This document shows, one piece after another, positions 8,680 to 18,977 of a DNA stretch of 64,000 nt. The DNA is taken from assembly GCA_029860045.1 (NCBI GenBank), contig JAOUBY010000003.1, positions 65-64,064 on the forward strand, in the 5' to 3' direction. Both the position numbers and the translations under genes were made by a program. The stretch comes from Gammaproteobacteria bacterium (GTDB lineage: Bacteria; Pseudomonadota; Gammaproteobacteria; UBA9214). Below the pieces are notes generated by a model. The model saw nothing but the letters and a program-made list of their open reading frames with translations, was not told the DNA's origin and made no database searches. Positions within the stretch are counted from its first letter, which is position 1. Every line of letters begins with the position of its first letter.

Positions 8680-11516
8680 TGTCGGACAACGAGCGCACAC
8701 GGACGCAGCAAGCGATGCCCCGGGGGAACAGGAAGATGTTTGCAAATCACTGGTATTACCGGATGGTCCTGATTATCGGACTGCTTGTGCCCGGAGCGGT
8801 TTTAAGTGCTGTTGCCACAGCGCAGGACTACCTTGAGGATGCCCTGACCCTTTTCGACAAGGGCGAATACAATGCCGCGCTTATCCAGCTGAAGAATGTA
8901 TTGCTGCTGGAGCCGGACAACGCCGGGGCATACCTGTTGCTGGGCAAGGCCCACCTTGAAAGGGGCGATGCCGCCTCGGCTGAAAGGGAAATCTCCCGTG
9001 CCCGTGACCTGGACCTTGATGCGGCCGAGTGGATGGCGCCACTGGGAAGGGCCTGGCTGCTGCTGGGAAGGAATGATGAGCTGCTGAAAGAGCTAACGCC
9101 TGAGGAGCGATTCCCCGACACCGTGCGCGCCGATATCCTGCAACTGCAGGGGCAGGCCCATCTCGCCAAGCGGCAGTTCCGGGAGGCCGATGACAAATTT
9201 TTTGCTGTCCTGGTGTTACAGCCCGGCAACCCCGAGGCCTTGCTGGGGAGGGCGCGTATTGCCTACCACAGGCAGGAAAGGGAGAAAGCCTCTGAACTCA
9301 TTGAAGAGGCATTGCAGCGCGATCCACGCAATGCGGATGCCTGGATGATGAAAGGTGGCCTGTTGAGCGGTGCGGGCGATCAAAAGGGTGCCATCAGTGC
9401 CTACCGGCGGGCACTGGATATTGACCCGGAAATGAGTGCCGCCCGTGCCGGGAAGACCGCGGCGCATATTGCGCTGGGTGAGTATGCCCCGGCCCTTGCA
9501 GAGATCGCGGCAATCCGCGGGCGCTATCCGGATAATTACATGGCACATTACCTGGAGGCGCTGGTGCACTTCCGGAAACAGGACATGAACCGGGCGCTGA
9601 CCTCCATCCATAATGCCCTGGGTGCAGCGCCACGCCACTTGCCGAGCCAGTTACTGGCCGGTTCTATCTATTACCGGAAGGGTCAGTATCGTCAGGCAGA
9701 GGAGTATCTTCGAAAGTATTGGAATGCTCGTCCGGGCGAAATCCAGGCCACCAGGCTGCTGGCAGTTTCGCTGGTGAAAACCGGCCAGGCAGAGGATGCC
9801 ATCACGGTCCTTGAAAAGGGTGTTGAGATTGAGCCGGATGACGCCCAGATGCTGGCCATACTGGGCAGTTTGTACACCCGTACCGGGCAGGCAAACAAGG
9901 GGCTCGACTACCTGGAGAGGGCAACCGCCGCCGCGCCGGATTCCGGCGCAATACTGACCGAACTCGCCATCGGGCACCTGGCAACCGGGGATGCCGGCCA
10001 GGCCGTTACGGAACTGCAGGGGGCAGTGGAACTCGGGGATGAGTTTATCCAGGCAGACACCCTGCTGGTGCTGATGCATCTCAAGCGGGGCAATACGGGG
10101 GATGCATTACGCAGCGCCGAACACTTCGTCAGCAATCACCCGGACAATGCCGTTGCCCGGAACCTGCTGGGCAGTGCCTACCTTGCAAAGAGGGACTACC
10201 CGGCGGCGCGTGCCGCCTTCGAGCAGGCGCTGGCGCTGGATGACGCCTTGGTACCGGCCCTGCTGAGTCTTGCGGGTATCGACCAGCTCCAGGGTGACAG
10301 GACATCGGCGGAGCAGCGCTACCGGGCGGTGCTCAAGCAGGACGAGGGCAATCTGAAGGCATTGCTGGCACTGGGGAAACTGGCGGTCGAACAGGACGAT
10401 AAGGCGGCGGCCAAGGATTTCCTGCTGCAGGCGCGCGGCAGCCATCCGGATGCCATCAAACCCGCGCTGTTGCTGGTTGAACTCTACCGGCAGGACCAGG
10501 ATATCAAGCGGGCACTGGATCTGGCGCGGAGCGTGGGTAAAGCTCATCCACGTAATCCCGGGGTGTTAAAGGTCCTGGCGCGTGCCCAGATCGACGCCGG
10601 TGAAATCGATGCGGCCATTACCAGTTTGCGAACGCTGACTGAGGTCGCGCCGCTTTCTGCGCAGGCGCATTATCAGATTGCGCTGCTCTACCTGCGACAG
10701 AAGAACAGAGCGGCGACCCGGGAGAGTCTCGAGCGGGCGATTGCATTACAGGCTGATTATCCGTCCGCGCAGCTTGCCCTTGGCAGGTTCGAAATCGTGG
10801 GAAAAAACTATGCCGTGGCGCAAAAGATAGCCGAGGCCCTGCAGCAGGCCCATCCACAGGCCGCGGGTGGCCATGCACTCGAAGGCGATATCCTGGCCGC
10901 ACAGGGTCAAAATAAACCGGCGCTGGCCGCCTACAGGAAGGCATATGGTCTCAAGCCGAGTGCGCGGTTTGCGATTAATATTTTCAACATGCAGCGCCGG
11001 GCAGGTGAGGGCAAGCAGGCCAGCGACACCCTGCAGAAATGGCTGAAGGATCATCCGGGGGACAACGCCACCAGGATGGTGCTGGCCACACACCTGCAAC
11101 AGCAGAAACGGCTGGATGAGGCGACCACAGAATATCTGGCGATACTCGGACAGGACCCGGATAATATTACGGCATTGAGCAACCTTGCCTGGCTCTATCA
11201 AAAACAGGGCTCCGACAAGGGCATCGCCTATGCCGAACAGGCCTATGAACTGGCCCCGCAGCGCGCGGAGGTCATCGACATCCTCGGCTGGCTGCTGGTG
11301 CAGAACGGTCAGCACCAGCGCGGCCTGGTGCTGCTGCAGGAGGCAGCGACCCTCGCCCCGCGGGAGGCCGGGATTCGTTACCATATGGCCGCCGCCCTGG
11401 TGAAGGTCGGGCGCACCGAGGAGGCGCGCAAGGAGCTGGAGCGGTTGCTCGGCGGAAAGGATTTCCCTGCCGCCGGCGAGGCCCGGTCACTGCTGGAGCG
11501 GCTGAGACGCCCGTGA
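8679..11516 (+). CDS. prsT: PEP-CTERM system TPR-repeat protein, copy 1 (no lipobox; true start may be a downstream ATG)
   Basis: About 900 aa of TPRs, AALIQLKNVL near the N-terminus, DILGWLLV near the C-terminus; follows prsR. Confidence 0.9.
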   Translation: MSDNERTRTQQAMPRGNRKMFANHWYYRMVLIIGLLVPGAVLSAVATAQDYLEDALTLFDKGEYNAALIQLKNVLLLEPDNAGAYLLLGKAHLERGDAASAEREISRARDLDLDAAEWMAPLGRAWLLLGRNDELLKELTPEERFPDTVRADILQLQGQAHLAKRQFREADDKFFAVLVLQPGNPEALLGRARIAYHRQEREKASELIEEALQRDPRNADAWMMKGGLLSGAGDQKGAISAYRRALDIDPEMSAARAGKTAAHIALGEYAPALAEIAAIRGRYPDNYMAHYLEALVHFRKQDMNRALTSIHNALGAAPRHLPSQLLAGSIYYRKGQYRQAEEYLRKYWNARPGEIQATRLLAVSLVKTGQAEDAITVLEKGVEIEPDDAQMLAILGSLYTRTGQANKGLDYLERATAAAPDSGAILTELAIGHLATGDAGQAVTELQGAVELGDEFIQADTLLVLMHLKRGNTGDALRSAEHFVSNHPDNAVARNLLGSAYLAKRDYPAARAAFEQALALDDALVPALLSLAGIDQLQGDRTSAEQRYRAVLKQDEGNLKALLALGKLAVEQDDKAAAKDFLLQARGSHPDAIKPALLLVELYRQDQDIKRALDLARSVGKAHPRNPGVLKVLARAQIDAGEIDAAITSLRTLTEVAPLSAQAHYQIALLYLRQKNRAATRESLERAIALQADYPSAQLALGRFEIVGKNYAVAQKIAEALQQAHPQAAGGHALEGDILAAQGQNKPALAAYRKAYGLKPSARFAINIFNMQRRAGEGKQASDTLQKWLKDHPGDNATRMVLATHLQQQKRLDEATTEYLAILGQDPDNITALSNLAWLYQKQGSDKGIAYAEQAYELAPQRAEVIDILGWLLVQNGQHQRGLVLLQEAATLAPREAGIRYHMAAALVKVGRTEEARKELERLLGGKDFPAAGEARSLLERLRRP

Positions 11517-11603
11517 ATTAAAACCTGGCACGACCTGCAGGTGCTGTAACTTGTGTTAAGTACCGGGGGCGTCAATTCTTATAAGGAACAGAAGGGATTC
11601 ATC

Positions 11604-14399
11604 ATGATTTCAAGATCGAGCAGACTGACAGTCGTTACTTCCACCATGCTGATGGTGCTTACCCTGTTGCTCGGCGGCTGCAGCGAGTCCCTCACCGATG
11701 CCGAGCACCTGGTGCGGGCCAGGGATCATATCGACGAAGGCGATGTCAGTGCCGGTATGATCGAGCTCAAAAACGCACTCAAAGTCAATCCAGGGAATGT
11801 CGAGGCGCGCTGGCTGCTGGGCAAGACCTATGTCGAAATCGGCCATATCGTGGGGGCAGCGAAGGAATTACGCAAGGCCGAAGAGCTCGGCATCGACCGC
11901 TCGGCGATTCTGTTGCCGCTGGCGCACACGCTTATCGCGATGCGCGGCTACCAGACGGTGCTGGACGAGTACCTGCCCGTGCCGGGCCTCGCCGAGGAAG
12001 AGGTGGCAGAACTGAAAGCACTCCACGGCCATGCCCACCTGGGTCTGGGTGATCTGAAACAGGCCGCCGCGACCTATGAGGAGGCCCGGACACTCAATCC
12101 GGAGGAAGCCGAGGCCTGGTACGGGCTGGCGCAGGTTGACATATTCAAGCGTGAGTGGGATGGCGCACGCAGCAACCTCGACAAGGCCCTGGAACTCGAT
12201 CCCCGCTTCGCGAATGCCTGGAGCCTGTCCGGTGACCTGGCACGGCGACAGGGGGACGCGGCGCGGGCAGAGGCGGATTACGGCAAGGCGATCGCCAACC
12301 GGGTGTACAACAGCCAGGATCACTTCAAGCGGGGTCAGGTCCGTTTACAGCTGAAAAAATACGATGCGGTGAAACAGGATATCGCGGCGATCCGTGCGCA
12401 GGTGCGGCGCAGTGCCCAGGCCAGCTACCTGCAGGGCCTGATCCACCTGCAGCAGGACCGGATCACCGAGGCACAGACGTCGTTCGAGACTGCTCTGGCC
12501 GTCAATCCCGATTACATGCAGGCGGTCTACTATCTAGGCGTGGTCCACTATCTGGCGCAGAACCATCAGCAGGCCAGCACCCATCTTGCCAGGTACTCGG
12601 CCTCCAATCCCGGCTACATCCCGGCGCGGCAGCTGCTGGCGATCCTCGACATGCGCCAGGGTGACTATGCCTCTGCCAGGGAGCGGGTTACGCCGATCCT
12701 GGAACAGCAGCCGGAGAATGCCGTCGCCCTCAAGCTGATGACCAGCATCGCCATGCGGCAGGGGGAGAACGACGAGGTTGTTGAATACCTGCGCAGGTTC
12801 GATGAACTCGAGGCCGGCTCCGCCCAGGCCAGCCTGAACCTGGGGCTCGGGCTGATCGCCGAGGGCGAGGGCGAGCAGGGCATGCTGCAGCTCGAGCAGG
12901 CGCTCGAGCTCGATGCCGATCTCAAAATGGCCGACTTCGCCCTGATCATGAACCACCTGAAGCAGGGACGGCCGGACGAGGCCCTGGCGGCCGCCCGGGA
13001 CTTCACCACCCGCCATCCCGAGAGCCCCATGGCGTGGAACCTGCTGGGTTATGTCCAGTTGCAGGGCAAACAGGTCGAGGCGGCCCGCGCGAGTTTCCAG
13101 CGCGCACTGAAGATAAGCTCCGGCGATCCCGGGGCGGCCAACAACCTGGCCTCGCTGGCCCTGCTGGACGGCGACACCGGCGAGGCCATCCGACAGTATG
13201 AATCGATCCTCGAACGCCGGCCGGATCACATGCGCACCGTGGTGAAGCTCGGCAGGCTGCTGGTCTCGCTGAAACGCTTCGATGAGGCACAGGCGCTTTA
13301 CGAGGCCAGGGTCGAGGCACATCCAGATGCAGTCGATCCGCGGGTGCTGCTGGCGGAGATCCATATGCTGCAGGGGCAACCCGGCAGGGCGCTCGCCCTG
13401 CTGCGGGCGGCCCCGGAGTCGGTCACTGATCACCCGGCCTACCTGGCCGTGCTGGGAAAGGGCCAGCTTGCGGCCGGTGAGCTCGCCAGTGCCATCCGCA
13501 GCCTGGAACGGCTGATCAAGGTCCGGCCAGGCTACCTGCCGGCCCACGATATGCTTGCCGGGGCCTACGCCAGGCAGGGCAACCTGGGCAAGCTCGAGGC
13601 CAGCCTCGACCAGGCGCTGGCCATCCGGCCCGGTCACCTGCTGGCGCGGCTCGGCATGCTGAAGCTGCTCGTCCAGCAGAAGCGGGCCGGGGAGGCGGCC
13701 GAACTGCTGGCGGCCCTCAAGGCGGACTACCCGGAACTCCCGGAACTCTATATCCAGGAGGCGCTGCTCGCGCAGGCCGAGGGTCGGCCGCAGGCGGCGG
13801 TACCGGCCTACCAGGAGGCCGTGAAGCGCGCACCAAGTACGGAACTGGTGAGCGACCTGGCGCTGGCCCAGTGGAAGGCCGGACAGCCGGAGGCCGGCCT
13901 ACAGACCCTGAAGGACTGGCTCGCCGGGCACCCCGATGACCTTGTCGTACGTTACAACCTGGCAAACCTGTACATGGCGACCGGGCGGCACGCGGAGGCG
14001 CGCGTGGCCTTCACGACGGTGGTTGAAGCACGACCGAAGCATGTACTGGCGCTGACCAACCTGGCGCTGCTGAGCCGGAATTTGGATCCCGGCAAGGCCT
14101 ATGATTATGCGAAACGCGCCCACGAGCTCGCGCCCGATGCACCACTCGTTCAGGACGCCCTGGCGCAGATCCATCTCGACCGGGACGAGGGCACACAGGC
14201 GCTGCGCCTGCTCGAGACGGCCGTGGAAAAATCGCCGCAGGACCTGCAGATCCGTTTCCACTGGGCGCAGGCCCTGGCCCGCAACGGCGAGAAGGAGAAG
14301 GCAAGACGGGAACTCACCCGCGTCCTGGCGGAGGACAGGCGATTCGCCGGTAAATCGGAGGCACGGGATATGCTGGAACAACTCTCCAGCGGCAAGTAA
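11604..14399 (+). CDS. prsT: PEP-CTERM system TPR-repeat lipoprotein, copy 2
   Basis: ATG at 11604, lipobox LLLGG-C, IELKNAL motif, TPRs throughout, same length and architecture as copy 1. Confidence 0.9.
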   Translation: MISRSSRLTVVTSTMLMVLTLLLGGCSESLTDAEHLVRARDHIDEGDVSAGMIELKNALKVNPGNVEARWLLGKTYVEIGHIVGAAKELRKAEELGIDRSAILLPLAHTLIAMRGYQTVLDEYLPVPGLAEEEVAELKALHGHAHLGLGDLKQAAATYEEARTLNPEEAEAWYGLAQVDIFKREWDGARSNLDKALELDPRFANAWSLSGDLARRQGDAARAEADYGKAIANRVYNSQDHFKRGQVRLQLKKYDAVKQDIAAIRAQVRRSAQASYLQGLIHLQQDRITEAQTSFETALAVNPDYMQAVYYLGVVHYLAQNHQQASTHLARYSASNPGYIPARQLLAILDMRQGDYASARERVTPILEQQPENAVALKLMTSIAMRQGENDEVVEYLRRFDELEAGSAQASLNLGLGLIAEGEGEQGMLQLEQALELDADLKMADFALIMNHLKQGRPDEALAAARDFTTRHPESPMAWNLLGYVQLQGKQVEAARASFQRALKISSGDPGAANNLASLALLDGDTGEAIRQYESILERRPDHMRTVVKLGRLLVSLKRFDEAQALYEARVEAHPDAVDPRVLLAEIHMLQGQPGRALALLRAAPESVTDHPAYLAVLGKGQLAAGELASAIRSLERLIKVRPGYLPAHDMLAGAYARQGNLGKLEASLDQALAIRPGHLLARLGMLKLLVQQKRAGEAAELLAALKADYPELPELYIQEALLAQAEGRPQAAVPAYQEAVKRAPSTELVSDLALAQWKAGQPEAGLQTLKDWLAGHPDDLVVRYNLANLYMATGRHAEARVAFTTVVEARPKHVLALTNLALLSRNLDPGKAYDYAKRAHELAPDAPLVQDALAQIHLDRDEGTQALRLLETAVEKSPQDLQIRFHWAQALARNGEKEKARRELTRVLAEDRRFAGKSEARDMLEQLSSGK

Positions 14400-15688
14400 T
14401 GAACCAGGCGCCGGAGGGCAAGGAAGCCGCCAACAACAAGACCGGCAAGCGTCGCCGGGTGCTGTTTATCGCAGAAGCGGTTTCCCTTGCCCATGTGGCG
14501 CGTCCTGCCGTGCTGGCGCAGGCGCTCGATCCGGAACAATATACGGTCTGCCTGGCCTGCGATCCCCGCTTCGATGCACTGTTCACTGAATTGCCGTTTG
14601 AACGCAGGTCTATTTATTCGATATCGACGCAAAGCTTTCTTGCAGCACTTGCCAAAGGCAGCCCGATCTACACAACCTCGACGCTGCGGCGCTATGTCCG
14701 GGATGACCTGGAACTGCTCCGTGCCTGGTCGCCTGATCTGGTGGTGGGCGACTTCCGCCTGTCGCTGGCGGTCAGTGCGCGCGCGGCCGGCATCCCCTAT
14801 CTAACCATTACCAATGCCTACTGGAGCCCGTATGCCCGGCAGCGCTATCCCATCCCGGAACACGTGATGGCCCGACTTGTGGGGGTCGATCTGGCACAAG
14901 CACTGTTTCGACTGGTGCGCCCGCTGATCTTTGCTGCCCATACCATCCCCATGAACAGGGTCAGGAAGGAATGGGGTCAGCCTCTGCTTGGCACTGACCT
15001 GAGACGGGTCTATACCGATGCCGACCATACCCTCTATGCCGATGTGCCGGGTTTTATTGAAACAGCGGGAATGCCCGATGACCATCATCACTTCCTGGGG
15101 CCGGTGCTGTGGTCTCCGCCGCAGGCCTTTCCCGATTGGTGGAACGAGGTACGTAACGACCGACCCATTATCTATGTCACACCAGGCAGTTCCGGTGACA
15201 GTCGTCTGTTGACGAACGTACTCCAGGCGCTGGCCGGGTTACCGGTTGAGGTCATGGTAGCCACGGCAGGGCAGTCCAGCGCTGCACCGGTACCTGCAAA
15301 CGTGCACTCTGCGGACTATCTCCCGGGCATGCAGGCGGCCGCACGCGCCGACCTGGTGATCTGTAACGGTGGCAGTCCAACCACGCAGCAGGCGCTGGCG
15401 GCCGGGACCCCCGTGCTGGGCATCTGCAGCAATCTCGACCAGTATCTGAACATGCAGGCCGTCGCAACAACCGGGGCGGGGATGATGTTGCGCGCCGGCA
15501 AGGCGAGCGTGGGCGCAGTCCGCGCCGCGGTCGAGCGCCTGCTGGCGGACCCGTCTTGCCAGGAAGCCGCACAACGGATGGCGGATCGCTACCGGGTATA
15601 CGACGCAAATCAGCGCTTCAGTTCCATTGTGGAACAGCTATTGCCGGTCACGGGCGGCACGGCGGCAACCGGGGGTGAACTGGCGTGA
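14399..15688 (+). CDS. GT-B fold glycosyltransferase, GT1/MGT-like (small-molecule or lipid acceptor type)
   Basis: N-terminal LAHVARP His; C-terminal donor-binding signature ADLVICNGGSPTTQQALAAGTPVLGI..NLDQ. Start overlaps the prsT2 stop (TAATG). Confidence 0.85.
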   Translation: MNQAPEGKEAANNKTGKRRRVLFIAEAVSLAHVARPAVLAQALDPEQYTVCLACDPRFDALFTELPFERRSIYSISTQSFLAALAKGSPIYTTSTLRRYVRDDLELLRAWSPDLVVGDFRLSLAVSARAAGIPYLTITNAYWSPYARQRYPIPEHVMARLVGVDLAQALFRLVRPLIFAAHTIPMNRVRKEWGQPLLGTDLRRVYTDADHTLYADVPGFIETAGMPDDHHHFLGPVLWSPPQAFPDWWNEVRNDRPIIYVTPGSSGDSRLLTNVLQALAGLPVEVMVATAGQSSAAPVPANVHSADYLPGMQAAARADLVICNGGSPTTQQALAAGTPVLGICSNLDQYLNMQAVATTGAGMMLRAGKASVGAVRAAVERLLADPSCQEAAQRMADRYRVYDANQRFSSIVEQLLPVTGGTAATGGELA

Positions 15689-15886
15689 ATTCTGCTTACC
15701 GGGGAATGTCGCAATCCAGACTCACAGTATGCGACCATGTGACACTGGTCCTTGTGCCACCGCACGATCACTGTTACAAGATTGCCACGGCAGTTCGAAG
15801 AAATTAACAGGCGGTGTCTGAGGCCCATATTCATTACATGCAATGCCGGTTGCCAGGATCTACTGTCACACAGGAAGCGAGCAATA

Positions 15887-16729
15887 ATGAGTTACAAGCT
15901 GATCAAGGACCGGTACTTCGCCACCCTCGGCTGGACCAACCGGGAAAACGCCAGCGATGCCAAGGTGGCCTTCATGAACGACGTCGACATGACGTCGGCC
16001 ATCCGGCTGCGAGAGAAATACACGGACCTGAAACCGTCCTATACTGCCCTGCTGGCACGGGCCATCGCCCTGGCGATACGGGAACATCCCAAGGCCAACC
16101 GGATGGTGCTGGCATTGCCGTTCTACAAGCGGATCGTGCAGTTCGACGCGATCAATATCACCATCGCCATCGAGCAGCAGCAGAAAGATGCAAGCAAGGA
16201 CACGGTACTCGCCGACACGGTATACCATGTCGATCAGAAGTCACTGTCCGACATCATGGTCCAGCTGCACGAGATGGCCCGGGCGACACCCGAAAACAAT
16301 CCGCGTCAGCGTCAGCTGGCCTTCATTGTGGAGAAGCTGCCCAACTGGCTGGCCCTGCTGCTGATCAGCATTCCGCGCTGGTTCCCGGGCATGTGGGTGC
16401 AGCACCGGGGCGGCTCCGTGCTGATCTCCTCGCCCTGCAAATACGGTGTCGAGCGGCTGGTCGCGAACTGGAGCTGGCCGATCGGCTTTTCCTTCGGCCT
16501 GCTGAGAAAACAGCCCGTGGTGGTGGCTGACGAAGTCGTTGTCCGGCCCGTCATGAGCGTGACCATGAGCTTCGACCGCCGGGTGCTGCTGGGGGCGCCC
16601 GCCGCCAGGTTCTTCAAGCGGGTCTGCGACCTGCTGGAGAATGCGGAGGAAACGCTGGATATGGATAGCCCTGCAACGCCCGCGATGCAGGAAGGCCGCA
16701 ACGCGGCGGCGAGGGAAGATGTGGCATAA
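15887..16729 (+). CDS. Stand-alone 2-oxoacid dehydrogenase E2-like acyltransferase catalytic domain with degenerate active site
   Basis: DVDMT..RLR, KPSYTALLARAIALAIREHPKAN, PVV..EVVVRPVMSVTMSFDRRVLLGAPAARF. No lipoyl or E3-binding domain. ATG at 15887 preferred. Confidence 0.8.
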   Translation: MSYKLIKDRYFATLGWTNRENASDAKVAFMNDVDMTSAIRLREKYTDLKPSYTALLARAIALAIREHPKANRMVLALPFYKRIVQFDAINITIAIEQQQKDASKDTVLADTVYHVDQKSLSDIMVQLHEMARATPENNPRQRQLAFIVEKLPNWLALLLISIPRWFPGMWVQHRGGSVLISSPCKYGVERLVANWSWPIGFSFGLLRKQPVVVADEVVVRPVMSVTMSFDRRVLLGAPAARFFKRVCDLLENAEETLDMDSPATPAMQEGRNAAAREDVA

Positions 16730-16911
16730 CGGATGAACAGGGTCGGGCACCGCGTTACGTTTAGCTGTCCCCCGTCCGGGCACCACGTGTTGTCTCCGCT
16801 GCAGATTGCTGCAGCACCGGGTGGGCCAGCCAGGAAATTCATTAATCAGCACTGGTGATTGCACCAGTCTGACCGGCTGTCGGGGTGAGCCCTATCCACG
16901 TCGGTATTCCG

Positions 16912-16942
16912 AAAAAAAGCCGCGGCAGTTGCCGCGGCTTTT
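16912..16942. terminator. Bidirectional rho-independent terminator between convergent genes
   Basis: AAAAGCCGCGGCA-gt-TGCCGCGGCTTTT perfect stem with A and T tracts on both sides. Confidence 0.85.
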
Positions 16943-16995
16943 GTCTGGTGAAGGGGCAGGCAGGCTGCCCCTGTCTAGCGGGTTTCCCGGTCGGT

Positions 16996-18792
16996 CTACT
17001 GCCTCAGATCGAACCCGGTGGGCGGATGAATCTGCCAGTTGCCGCCATCGATGTAGCCGAACACCTCGTAAATCGGGCCGTTTATCTTCTCGGCCGCAAT
17101 CGCATCGAAGTTGTCCAGGTTACCGTCTGCATCGAATTCCGGCTCGACACCGCAGTAGATACGGATGCGGTAGAAGTCCGGGCATTCAGTACTGGGATCG
17201 TTGTCGGTTTTGCAGGTGAACTCGTTGTAAGTGCCGGTGAGCACCGCGTCAACCCGACTCCCCGCACCGTTGTAGCTCGAAAAGGCGTCTGTCCCCGTCC
17301 CCTCGGCCGGGCACTGTACCGGGTCGGCGATGACGTGCTGACCTTCACGCCCGAATTCGCCGTGGTCCTCGATGTGGATCTCTGCCCAGTTGTAGGTTCC
17401 GAGTCCCCGTTCGCTGGGTTTGCCATGAAGCGTGGTCACCGATGCGCAGTCACCGCCACCGTTCAGGTTACCTTCATCGATGATGTTCCTGAAGGTACCG
17501 ATGCCGGCAAAGTCGATTTGCTTGGCGGGGGCTGGACGGGCCTGGCGGCACCAGCCCGGGTCACTGCACTGGATGATGTCGATCTCGGTGCCCGGAGGCG
17601 CGCTGGCCGTCCCCATGTGGAAGGCCCACTGTCCGGACGGACCTGCATGGTTGACATGCTCAAGTTCGCCCTTGGGCTGTGGCTGCTGGCCGGTGTTGGC
17701 GCCGGCCTGTCCACCGAAGGTGTAGACATCGTAGCTGGTCTCCTCCGTGACGGAGACCCTACCGCTATTGCCCATCACCTTGACGACGGTCTCGGTGACG
17801 GCAAACGAGCCCGATGCCGGGGTCCCGTCCCAGCCGGCAATACCCAAGGGTGACAAGCCGGACGTGTCGTTACCGCCGCCGGTGACCCGGCAGCCGACGC
17901 CATCCACAATCTCGGCGGGCTGGAACGCGTTGTTGGGGTCGGTCTGGTTCATGCCGTCCGTGCCACTGGTCCAGTTGATGTTGCCCGGCGTCGAGGCTGT
18001 CGTGCCGGTATCGGTGTCCATGTTGCGGGACGGATTGGTCTCGTTGTAATTCAGCTCCAGCTGGGTCGTGAAGTCGATAATCGAACCCTTCTCCAGGTCC
18101 GGAAAGTAGTTCGGATCAAAGTCGCTCACTAGTATGCGCGCCTGTTCCGCACCACCGACGAACGGTGTGGTCGTGCTACCCCAGTTATCAGTGCCGAAGG
18201 CATCCAGCAGTCCGCTGTTGTTCTCATCTGCAAAGGAGCCGGAATAGTACGTCTCGAAGGGGGTGTCCCACAATATCGCACCCTCCAGGATCACATCACC
18301 GTCCGTGTAGCCAGTACCCTCGAGAGCACTGGAATTGACGTTGCTGTCACGGTAGAAGCGAACGAAGTTCTCGTCGTTTTCATTGTCCGTCGCATTGCTG
18401 AAACTGAGATCGAGTCTGCTCGCGCCGTTCTGCATGATCTTCAGGGGCCAGCCCATGACCATGGTGACCTCGTAATTCGAGTTGAGTCCGAACAGGCCCA
18501 ACGGGTTGCCGTCCGGGTCCTGGGTGCCCTGCAAGGCAGCGTGCCGGTAGGTCATCACCTGGTCAGCCGTGTTCACATCTCCGCTAGCGGGATCAACCGC
18601 GCCCTTGAACAGGATGGTGTTGACCGACCAGTCGAAGGTACTGATCAGTACACCGTTGTCGCCCCCCGTACCCTGCGGATCAAAGGTGATCGGACTGGTT
18701 TGCAGGGGGGGCAGTGCTGCATTGCTGGTGACGGAGGCCATTCCGAGCACTGCGGCGATAATGAGAGAGATTCTCGATGTAGGGTGTTTCAT
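16996..18792 (-). CDS. Secreted protein: domain paralogous to the adjacent PEP-CTERM protein plus a Cys-rich C-terminal domain; no PEP-CTERM anchor
   Basis: Signal peptide, AAGGAG RBS, shared motifs with 18978..20261. C-domain bounded by CRVTGGG and GGNWQIHP. Confidence 0.85.
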   Translation of the reverse strand: MKHPTSRISLIIAAVLGMASVTSNAALPPLQTSPITFDPQGTGGDNGVLISTFDWSVNTILFKGAVDPASGDVNTADQVMTYRHAALQGTQDPDGNPLGLFGLNSNYEVTMVMGWPLKIMQNGASRLDLSFSNATDNENDENFVRFYRDSNVNSSALEGTGYTDGDVILEGAILWDTPFETYYSGSFADENNSGLLDAFGTDNWGSTTTPFVGGAEQARILVSDFDPNYFPDLEKGSIIDFTTQLELNYNETNPSRNMDTDTGTTASTPGNINWTSGTDGMNQTDPNNAFQPAEIVDGVGCRVTGGGNDTSGLSPLGIAGWDGTPASGSFAVTETVVKVMGNSGRVSVTEETSYDVYTFGGQAGANTGQQPQPKGELEHVNHAGPSGQWAFHMGTASAPPGTEIDIIQCSDPGWCRQARPAPAKQIDFAGIGTFRNIIDEGNLNGGGDCASVTTLHGKPSERGLGTYNWAEIHIEDHGEFGREGQHVIADPVQCPAEGTGTDAFSSYNGAGSRVDAVLTGTYNEFTCKTDNDPSTECPDFYRIRIYCGVEPEFDADGNLDNFDAIAAEKINGPIYEVFGYIDGGNWQIHPPTGFDLRQ

Positions 18793-18894
18793 TGTTCTTT
18801 CTCCTTAAAATCTGTTCTTTTGATACTACAAGTAAAGCCTATGGGTCAGGGATTTCAAGTCAGTACCCGGGGTATGCCGGTTGCCTGCTCCGAT

Positions 18895-18925
18895 AAAAAA
18901 AGGGGAGGCTATACAGCCTCCCCTT
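18895..18925 (-). terminator. Rho-independent terminator of the PEP-CTERM gene
   Basis: Minus strand AAGGGGAGGCT-gtat-AGCCTCCCCTT followed by a T run. Confidence 0.85.
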
Positions 18926-18977
18926 GTTACGGATTGGCTCGATACAAAATCCTTGAGCCTTGGACCATCCCCGGGGC

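Noticed and set aside
11526..11541. TGGCACGACCTGCAG between the two prsT genes as a sigma-54 promoter
   Set aside because: The GC dinucleotide is 2 bp too close to the GG; sigma-54 spacing is strict.
12534..13637. 367-aa antisense ORF within prsT2, and similar shadow ORFs at 15814..16530, 16885..17853 and 18541..19194
   Set aside because: They overlap well-supported genes, have no motifs, and are expected from GC-rich codon bias.
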